DNA from: Marinilabiliaceae bacterium
Lineage (GTDB): Bacteria; Bacteroidota; Bacteroidia; Bacteroidales; Marinilabiliaceae
DNA length: 35,472 nt
Direction of reading: 5' to 3'
Assembly: GCA_029933425.1 (NCBI GenBank)
Contig: JAOZOF010000005.1
Span: forward strand, 1-35,472
The notes below the pieces were generated by a model, which made no database searches, was not told where the DNA came from, and saw only the letters and a list, made by a program, of their open reading frames with translations. Position 1 is the stretch's first letter; each line of letters opens with the position of its first letter. Below, piece by piece: positions 18,001 to 24,069 of this stretch. Both the position numbers and the translations under genes were made by a program.

Positions 18001-19491
18001 TGTAGTATCAAGTGAATTCTTATTGAATTGCAGATCAAAATTCTCGAGCTGTACTTTAAACAGGCCGGGCAGTTCAAAATGCAGCAAATCGCCCGGATGA
18101 GCCGGATCGGTCTCCATAACCAGATGTCCCGTAAAACCACCCGGATCTCCAATGAGCAGGTTCCTGCCTTTGATAACAGCAGTTGTTGATTGCGTATCGT
18201 CTGTCTGCCATATTGCAGGCAATGTTACCGTAGCTTCATCAATAAAAATACCTTTGAAAGTCAGAGGACGTCCATCGCTGTTGGCTTGCGGAATATTGGT
18301 ATCATCATGTATATCCAATACACAAGAATCAAAATCAATAGTAATACCTGTCTCCAAAACAGAAGATCGTTGCAGCTCACATGTTAACACCTCATCAAAA
18401 TCAAAACCGGATTCTGTTGTAAAGCTGAAATTACCCACATGAAAAGTCAATTTTGATGTAGCCGGTTCTTGTAAAAAATGATTCTGATCATCCAAAGGAA
18501 TAAGCATGCTACGGGGAAATTCAAAAGCCAGATCAACATTCGTTACATGTGCTTCAACCTGAGGTACAAACAACTCCTCGAACGATGATGGCATATCAGG
18601 AATATGAATATTCAGAAAATGAAAAAGCTCTTCTTTCAGGGTATTAAAATTACTGCTCACATCAATAACAAGATCTTTTATCAGATCAACAGCGCTATGC
18701 CCGAGGCTACTTAATTTTGTACCAACAGCATTAAAATCCAGATGAAGATCATATTCTATCCTATCAGAACCGGTAAGTCCATATTTTTGATTCAGGCTTT
18801 CAACCAGTTTATAAATTCCTTTTTTTATTACTGCCCCCAGTACCTCTGATGCAGAAGAAGGATCACTGACCACAGAACCGAGATTAAAATCGGAAATAAT
18901 ATCATCTAACGTTTTGCCCGCATTAGCAAGTAAGCTGTCTTTAATTTCATCAAATGTCGGCACACCGGAAAATGAAAGTTCATTCGCCGTCCCTGCCAGG
19001 TTATAAAACCTGTTCAGTTCATCAATAATAGCCTGAACAGGTATTGTTATCGTATCTGCTGCTTCCTCGTAATATGAGATCAGTTTATCAATAACACTCT
19101 CATAATCTATATCATAAATATTTGTCAAAGTCGTCAGGAGGGTATCCAGATCGGAGGGAATACTTTGAATATTAAAATCACTGATAAACTTGATAATATT
19201 CCATACATAATGAACCTGCAGGGGGATCTCTGTTGTTGTTACACTACCGTTCACAGCAGGATTCAACAGCAACTTCACTTCTAAACCCGGAAAAGTAAAA
19301 CTTATTGTTTTGGTAAAAACAAGGGTCAGATTGTGAGTGGCTTCATGACCACTGGCGCTTTTGTTTGTAACAACATGATTCTTATATTGAATATCAGCCA
19401 AAAACCCGGAAGTCAGGTCAGGAATATGCAGTTCTTCAGGCAAAAGATCGATAGAAATAAGGTCAGACAAAGGTAATAACGGGTCAGGCAT
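15004..19491 (-). CDS. Giant-operon protein A (1495 aa), unknown function; the C-terminal half resembles the DUF6603-type conserved module (from memory, unverified)
   Basis: Uninterrupted 1495-codon ORF and first gene of the operon. No signal peptide or CTD. It has three apparent zones. The N-terminal ~400 aa are acidic and helical-looking. A middle region is beta-rich with quasi-periodic sequence. A conserved-looking block runs from GGGYLFFDSDNNRYAGALEL through GVGGLIGLHRT, GPMAMITWNTPPLL and VGGFHPAYKPAP to FALTTNSVQFGAAIDF (encoded about 15850-16950). Confidence 0.9.
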   Translation of the reverse strand: MPDPLLPLSDLISIDLLPEELHIPDLTSGFLADIQYKNHVVTNKSASGHEATHNLTLVFTKTISFTFPGLEVKLLLNPAVNGSVTTTEIPLQVHYVWNIIKFISDFNIQSIPSDLDTLLTTLTNIYDIDYESVIDKLISYYEEAADTITIPVQAIIDELNRFYNLAGTANELSFSGVPTFDEIKDSLLANAGKTLDDIISDFNLGSVVSDPSSASEVLGAVIKKGIYKLVESLNQKYGLTGSDRIEYDLHLDFNAVGTKLSSLGHSAVDLIKDLVIDVSSNFNTLKEELFHFLNIHIPDMPSSFEELFVPQVEAHVTNVDLAFEFPRSMLIPLDDQNHFLQEPATSKLTFHVGNFSFTTESGFDFDEVLTCELQRSSVLETGITIDFDSCVLDIHDDTNIPQANSDGRPLTFKGIFIDEATVTLPAIWQTDDTQSTTAVIKGRNLLIGDPGGFTGHLVMETDPAHPGDLLHFELPGLFKVQLENFDLQFNKNSLDTTNINGKLIIEGLKKAGTDEDAQVDIAVTISDDTYSFTFDNIPAFDLAGIKLDLGTILFSLNTSGIKEFSADGTLCFPMVDNGSGSPQAIGINLTKDNDNYKISVSGSPVPSLYLGGLEIKLTKLTIGFNKDGIIESDTEISGTIKIDAFDIELNIDITFEENGFAITAKIPEGTDYINVVDIEDLINVQLSMLSIGKHGSKWSFGFGGKIVNHIVIPGIEKFVPKDIDIKKFDLSETDNIDIDIDLSWPNGFNIKNIGQGGSATVPVDMSFGDVMSIRAIQIDLKTGDPTEIDALLLGTKFSLGPVTCTIEGMGLGAKIELKDSGGNLGPVDVSLRVIYPKGIGISLESDIFTGGGYLFFDSDNNRYAGALELSIQDMFSFTAIGLLTTVLPDGSKGTSLLIIITTEFPAPIPLSYNFYLSGVGGLIGLHRTVNADKLGSGVNTGSISNILFPKNVISNISQIISDLRAIFPPKRDQFLIGPMAMITWNTPPLLTIELGVMIEFDDPVRIFILGVIRTAIPTKEHALIKINVAFIGVIDFNKGMISFDAGLFDSRIVTFTLEGQMALRLSWGASPDFAVAVGGFHPAYKPAPHLHFFEMKRLTINFLSGNPRLTLTSYFALTTNSVQFGAAIDFYLKVAMFKIVGGFGFDVLFIFDPFRFIAQVSAGLAVKCGGSTLFSISLSFTLTGPNPWVASGKASFRILFIKYTAKFSKTIGEEKKITLPDVNVLPLVIKALNDSNNWKSELPVDHFDLITLRKDIDLAEGEVLMAAFGTLTVSQKIVPLGISIERFGNNNPTGDKLFEISDIRLYNSSGTTPLDTGTAREDFVPAAYKEMSDDDKLSAPSFEKLKGGFKTTGTDEPETQWGINKNVEYEVIISDTERMNDNPDRGLTSYGIHQSDLLTIPAELFTHFAKGGAVSNSVLSGKNRVRTFNNPKKVTLGTEHFVIARKSDLKVFDSVTFQQGSRAEANEAFLNAATADPSLKDELIIIPDYKAVLQD

Positions 19492-20022
19492 AACAAATGC
19501 TTTAACAGTTTACTCAACAAAACTTAAAAAAATAACCAGGCTATAGAGTCTGCCGGAAACCTTCTTTAAAGGCGTATTAGAGGCTGTATTACCAAATAAG
19601 CATACAGAATACCATTAAGTCGCAGTCCGGGATATGCAGTAAAAACATAAAGATCATGCTATTACAACATGATTCACGGATATTCAAATTCTTAATAATT
19701 GAATCAAGTTAATAAAATATAAACTGCAAGACAATATTTTTCATGATTTTAACATTACAAAAAAGATTGCATACGTTTTTATAATCCATCGATTACCGAT
19801 ATATTTCTGAATATCTATAAATTTAAAACCATTAATTCCATAATAATAATGCAATGGAGCAATGTATAATAACCTCTTGAAAATACATAATCACATATAT
19901 TTCAAATGATTCCTAATCAGGAGACCCATCTAAATAACGCTCATGTACTAAACTACAGCCAATCCTTATCTAAATATCTCTATTTTAAGCCTGTAAATTG
20001 TAACAAATCGTAAGCTAATTCG

Positions 20023-20030
20023 TACATTTG
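20023..20030 (+). promoter_or_regulatory. Candidate Bacteroidota -7 promoter box (TAnnTTTG) for the histidine kinase gene
   Basis: TACATTTG at 20023-20030 is an exact match to TAnnTTTG. It ends only 4 nt before the ATG at 20035. Confidence 0.4.
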
Positions 20031-20034
20031 TTTT

Positions 20035-21387
20035 ATGATCTGGGAAAGCATCAAACAAAAATTAGATGAGGGGCAATACTCACCTGAAGACGGTGTTATG
20101 TATTGGCGTGAAAGAGTTCTGAAAAGTATTTTCCTGATTGTTATTATTTTCGGTTTTTTACCTTATCTATTCGGTTCATATATTGCCATTAAAATGGGGG
20201 TATACAGTGTCATGGTCACAAGCTCAATTGCTTATTTCACTGTAGTTTTTCTATTTTTCACAAAATGGATATCTCTGTTCATTCGCATCTTTCTTATCAT
20301 ACTTCTGACATATGCAATCGGATTCATGCTTGTTTTTAATATCGGACCCGAATCAAGCGGCCTGAGCTATTTTATCGGAGGATCATTACTTGCCGCACTA
20401 CTGCTGGGAATACGTGGTAGCATCTGGAGTCTGATAATCAACATTGTATTGTTCATATTCATAGCCATCGGATTGTATTATGATCTGTTCAAAGGATTAA
20501 TGATATCCAAATACACTATTCCACTGTGGGTTACTGTTACATTGAGTACCGAAATTATATGTCTGATGTCATCCATACCACTGGCAATGTTGCTAAACGG
20601 ATTAGAAAAAACCATTACAAAGCAGAAGACCTTACAGAAGACCTTGCAAGAAAAAGTCAGCCTTCTTGACCTGGCAAAAAGTAAAGCCGAAGAAGCAGAT
20701 AAACTGAAAACGACATTTCTGGCAAATATGAGCCATGAGATACGAACACCACTTAATGCTATACTGGGATTTACAGAACTTCTGCAACTTGAGACTTATG
20801 AAAGCACTGAGGAGAAAAACAACTATCTGAGTACGATACATAACAGCGGGACCTATTTGCTTAACATTATCAAAAACATCCTTGATTTTTCAATTATAGA
20901 ATCAGGACAGATGAAATTCAATATAAAAGAATTTAGCATAAAAGATATTATGACCGACTTAGAGCAGATGTACAAATTGTCTGCTAAAGAAAATAATGAC
21001 GTTTCTATAATCTTTGATATCCCTGAAAATGAGAAAGAGATCTTAATAAATTCCGATATCGACAAGATAAAACAGGTTATGATCAATCTGATAAACAATG
21101 CCCTGAACAATATGGAGAACGGCACAATACATGTCGGTTACCGTGAAAAAGATACTAAAATCGAGTTTTTTGTAAGTGACAACGGCTCAGGAATTCCCGC
21201 TGATATCCAGACATCCATATTCAAACGTTTTGTAAAAATCGAAGGCAAGAACAGGATCATGAAAGGTACAGGCCTTGGACTTCCCATATCGAAAGGAATA
21301 GTAAATGCCCTGGGCGGCGAAATTTGGATCAGATCAAAACCGAGTGAAGGTTCAACATTTTATTTTACCATTCCTCAGGTTAATTAA
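20035..21387 (+). CDS. Sensor histidine kinase (multi-TM N-terminal sensor, HisKA + HATPase_c); no adjacent response regulator
   Basis: The first ~190 aa contain about 6 hydrophobic helices, followed by a coiled linker. The H-box is FLANMSHEIRTPLNAILGF, the N-box is NLINNALNN, G1 is DNGSGIP and G2 is GTGLGLPISKG. Confidence 0.9.
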   Translation: MIWESIKQKLDEGQYSPEDGVMYWRERVLKSIFLIVIIFGFLPYLFGSYIAIKMGVYSVMVTSSIAYFTVVFLFFTKWISLFIRIFLIILLTYAIGFMLVFNIGPESSGLSYFIGGSLLAALLLGIRGSIWSLIINIVLFIFIAIGLYYDLFKGLMISKYTIPLWVTVTLSTEIICLMSSIPLAMLLNGLEKTITKQKTLQKTLQEKVSLLDLAKSKAEEADKLKTTFLANMSHEIRTPLNAILGFTELLQLETYESTEEKNNYLSTIHNSGTYLLNIIKNILDFSIIESGQMKFNIKEFSIKDIMTDLEQMYKLSAKENNDVSIIFDIPENEKEILINSDIDKIKQVMINLINNALNNMENGTIHVGYREKDTKIEFFVSDNGSGIPADIQTSIFKRFVKIEGKNRIMKGTGLGLPISKGIVNALGGEIWIRSKPSEGSTFYFTIPQVN

Positions 21388-21470
21388 ATTCCCGGTAAAA
21401 GGATTTGCGTTCAATGATGACACATTGTTTATCTTTTAATCTCATCTGTTTTTCTTTCAGCGATAAATTG

Positions 21471-21478
21471 TATTTTTG
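21471..21478 (+). promoter_or_regulatory. Candidate -7 promoter box (TAnnTTTG)
   Basis: TATTTTTG at 21471-21478 lies 21 nt upstream of the ATG at 21500. Confidence 0.4.
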
Positions 21479-21499
21479 CAAAAATAAAAATTCAACACA

Positions 21500-21751
21500 A
21501 TGGAAGTAACAAAAGATATAACGATAGAAGAGCTTGTCGACATGGTTCCCGGCTCAGTACGCTATCTGAGCGTAAAAGGCATCAAATGCATTGCATGCGG
21601 TGAACCTATCTGGGGCACGCTTGAAGAAGCTGCTAAGGAGAAAGGATTCAACGATCAGGAGATAGCAATGTTCGTACATGAACTGAATGAGTTGAAAGAC
21701 AATCCTGATGACGTTAAAAAAACTCCGCACGTGGATGTAAAAAAGCTATAA
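21500..21751 (+). CDS. DUF1858-type small redox-disulfide protein (hybrid-cluster-protein-associated family)
   Basis: 83 aa. The pattern TIEELVDMVPGSVRYLSVKGIKCIACGEPIWGTLEEAAKEKGFNDQEI fits the DUF1858 pattern (CxxC followed by TLEEAA..G.D). Confidence 0.65.
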   Translation: MEVTKDITIEELVDMVPGSVRYLSVKGIKCIACGEPIWGTLEEAAKEKGFNDQEIAMFVHELNELKDNPDDVKKTPHVDVKKL

Positions 21752-21772
21752 GTGATCTTCACCACTAGAGGT

Positions 21773-21806
21773 AAGGGATGGCAGAAATGTTCATCCCTTT
21801 TTTATT
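21773..21806 (+). terminator. Rho-independent terminator
   Basis: The stem is aagggatg (21773-21780) paired with catccctt (21792-21799), with an 11-nt loop, followed by ttttatttcc. Confidence 0.75.
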
Positions 21807-21954
21807 TCCGGAAAACGAATATCATCAAAAACATTACGAATACGAATTAAACCTCCGGCGAAAACTCATTGATATAAAAACCCAAAGACTTCATACCATA
21901 CTTTTACATTAACAAAAAAAGAAAATAAATTTTCAATCATTAAAAAATAGAATT

Positions 21955-22779
21955 ATGAAAAAGTTAGCATTATTGAGTTTAGCAGTGATTGTTTCAATGG
22001 GGTGCATGTTCGGGCAAATGAAAATTCAGCCCTCTAAAACGGTAGTTGTTATTTTAGGAAAAAAGAATCCAACATTGGATGAAGCCAAATTTCCCGATAT
22101 TAAATTTTATTACACTCCCGGACTGACATTAAAAGATAATGGCGGTATTTACGGTAAAAAATCAAAGAACAAAAAATCAAATGCATGGTCATCGGCTCTG
22201 GGAATGGGATCGACCTCACATTCAGAAGCAGTTAATGAATTTGAAGGTACTCCTGAAGAATTAGTGGAAGCAAAAGTAGGTTCAGGATACGCATTTATTT
22301 TTGACAAGAACGGAGTTGTTGCAGCAAAAAGATTTGCTTCAGGCAGCAAGGCAGAATTTTATAAAAGCACCGAATTTATGGTTTCATTTAATAAAATGCA
22401 AAGAAAATGGGAATCTGAAACTTTCGATAAGCTTATGAAAGACCTTGTAAAGAAAGGTGACACCACAAAACCGGGTAAGGCATCTAAAAAGCCGGAACAC
22501 AAATACGAAATTGGTTACGGAATAAACAGTGCTATGGTTGAAGATAAAGATGGAAATAAAAAAGACATTACAGAAATTATCAAGGGAGATCCTGCAACCC
22601 TGTTGGTATTCTTATATGTAAGTCCAGATTACGACCTTGAAAAAGCAAAAGAGAGCGGCAAAGGGAAAAAAGGGAAAGACTATTCAAATGATGTTGCACA
22701 GGCAATAGCTGCCGGAAAACAGATCAGTCCGTTATACAACCTCGAAGAGGGCATTTACGGTAAAAGGATAGAAAGATAA
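21955..22779 (+). CDS. Secreted Lys-rich hypothetical protein
   Basis: 274-codon ORF. The N-terminal signal peptide is MKKLALLSLAVIVSMGCMFGQ. The protein has many K-rich stretches and no recognisable motif. Confidence 0.7.
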   Translation: MKKLALLSLAVIVSMGCMFGQMKIQPSKTVVVILGKKNPTLDEAKFPDIKFYYTPGLTLKDNGGIYGKKSKNKKSNAWSSALGMGSTSHSEAVNEFEGTPEELVEAKVGSGYAFIFDKNGVVAAKRFASGSKAEFYKSTEFMVSFNKMQRKWESETFDKLMKDLVKKGDTTKPGKASKKPEHKYEIGYGINSAMVEDKDGNKKDITEIIKGDPATLLVFLYVSPDYDLEKAKESGKGKKGKDYSNDVAQAIAAGKQISPLYNLEEGIYGKRIER

Positions 22780-22802
22780 ATTGACATCAAATCTGCGCAA
22801 AT

Positions 22803-22843
22803 AAAAAGCCGGAACTGAAAGATCAGATTCCGGCTTTTTATTT
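22803..22843. terminator. Bidirectional intrinsic terminator between convergent genes
   Basis: The stem is agccggaa (22807-22814) paired with ttccggct (22828-22835). An A-run lies upstream and a T-run downstream, so it is flanked by U-tracts in both orientations. Confidence 0.8.
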
Positions 22844-22860
22844 AAGTCTTTCCACAACAT

Positions 22861-23778
22861 CTATCCTCTCACAAAAAGAGCCTTAATTATCTGGTTTGCA
22901 ATTTTAGGATTTTCTTTCAATCGGCGTGTACTGTACCCGAACCAGTCTTTCCCGAACGGAACATACACCCGCATGCGATGACCCTTGTCAACAATACTTT
23001 GACGCAGATCGGGTGTTACTCCGTAAAGCATCTGAAATTCGTACATATCTTTCGGTACGTTGTATTTTTCAATCAGCTCATATGCTGCCTTCACCAAGGG
23101 TTTGTCGTGCGTGGCAATACCTACGTACACCTTGTTCTTCAACATATAATCCAGTATCTTAATATAATTCTCATTTATCTCCTCGTAATTTTTAAATGCG
23201 ATCTCTTTAGGTTCAACATAAATGCCTTTACACAACCTGAAATTATTAGGAGCCTCTTCGGTATGGATATCCATCAGATCTTCCACATCTTTCATGGTCC
23301 GACGCATGTACGCCTGAAATACCAGGCCGACATTTTTCGGGAACTCTGCTTTCAACTTCCTGTACATCTCTATCTCAAGATCAACACAGGGAGAATCTTC
23401 CATATCGATCCTTACAAAATTATTGTACTCCGCTGCTTTTGCCACAATTTCCCTGACATTACTGTAACAAACATCTTTATCCAGCAGAAGCCCGAATGAA
23501 GTAGGCTTCAGTGAATAGTTTCCATCGATCTTTTCAGCCTCAAAACGCTCTATTATCTCAAGATACTCCTCCTTGCTCTTTGTGGCTTCCTCCAAGTCAG
23601 AAATAAATTCCCCCAGCAGGTCCACCGTAATCATCATATTATCGGCATTCAATTGCTTCGATACTTCTATAGCTTCATCTAAATTCTTCCCTGCAATATA
23701 CCTTTTCGAGAACACCCAAATGAACTTTTTTGGGAACAAAGGAATCATGTTTGCAATGAGTTTATTAATCATAATCAC
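22861..23778 (-). CDS. Proline dehydrogenase (monofunctional PutB/YcgM-like type)
   Basis: 305 aa, collinear with the Bacillus-type enzyme as I recall it. Matching strings include YIAGKNLDEAI, VDLLGEF and RIDMED. The C-terminal block is YEFQMLYGVTPDLRQSIVDKGHRMRVYVPFGKDWFGYSTRRLKENP. Confidence 0.9.
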   Translation of the reverse strand: MIMINKLIANMIPLFPKKFIWVFSKRYIAGKNLDEAIEVSKQLNADNMMITVDLLGEFISDLEEATKSKEEYLEIIERFEAEKIDGNYSLKPTSFGLLLDKDVCYSNVREIVAKAAEYNNFVRIDMEDSPCVDLEIEMYRKLKAEFPKNVGLVFQAYMRRTMKDVEDLMDIHTEEAPNNFRLCKGIYVEPKEIAFKNYEEINENYIKILDYMLKNKVYVGIATHDKPLVKAAYELIEKYNVPKDMYEFQMLYGVTPDLRQSIVDKGHRMRVYVPFGKDWFGYSTRRLKENPKIANQIIKALFVRG

Positions 23779-24069
23779 AATATTTTAATAACCGGGTTTT
23801 CAGTTTTCATCAACTTTTCGGAACTATTTGTCAAAATTTTCGTATCAATGATCATAAATCCAATTTAAGTATCAATTTGAAATTGGACAGTGTAAAAATC
23901 GCGATTTCAGTATCATGAAAAAATGACTAATCTCATTAACTGCTGATTTAGTGACATTTACTGATAAATATCAGTTAATACACATGACCAAATTCAGAAA
24001 AAGGGGACAACAACAAAATCTTAAATGGATCTGGGGAAAACATAAGACTTTTAATTAGAGGGCTTTTTA

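Noticed and set aside
19333-19347. HExxH (HEATH) zinc-metalloprotease-like motif at aa 49-53 of protein A.
   Set aside because: A five-residue motif is expected by chance in 5,500 aa. It sits in a polar N-terminal segment without a helix context or a recognisable third ligand (Glu/His/Asp) motif downstream.
3028-19491. About 40 ORFs of 60-250 aa on the opposite strand or in other frames inside the five operon genes, for example 3679-4155 +, 5132-5518 -, 7173-7469 +, 12244-13002 + and 15785-16102 +.
   Set aside because: All are fully embedded in much longer uninterrupted ORFs. Their translations are low-complexity or Cys/Phe/Ile-rich, typical of shadow frames. No independent start context or motif supports them.
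5139-19491. Tc (ABC) insecticidal toxin complex, suggested by the sizes of the three large genes.
   Set aside because: There are no YD/RHS repeats, no SpvB/VRP1-like N-termini and no TcA-like sequence by eye. The gene order and the additional 616-aa and P-loop genes do not fit. Only the size analogy remains.
2639-19491. Contractile injection system (eCIS/T6SS) or prophage tail module.
   Set aside because: There are no small tube-sized (~150 aa) or sheath-sized (~400-700 aa with known motifs) genes, and no baseplate J/PAAR/VgrG/LysM signatures, AAA+ ATPase, capsid, portal or terminase in the window. Linkage of homologues to such loci elsewhere remains to be tested.
5139-19491. NRPS/PKS megasynthase or giant adhesin.
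   Set aside because: There are no A-domain, C-domain (HHxxxDG), KS or carrier-protein (GGxS) motifs. There are no tandem Ig/cadherin/PKD repeats, no signal peptide and no T9SS CTD.
19709-19744. 11-codon minus-strand mini-ORF (MKNIVLQFIFY*) in the operon's upstream region, considered as a possible leader peptide.
   Set aside because: It is too short to evaluate. It lies about 215 nt upstream of the protein A start with no attenuator-like structure linking them, and AT-rich DNA yields such ORFs by chance.
2342-20034. The giant operon as a mobile genomic island.
   Set aside because: I saw no integrase, transposase, tRNA attachment site or flanking direct repeats. By eye the operon's base composition is within the range of its neighbours. 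Accessory status can only be judged by comparing related genomes.
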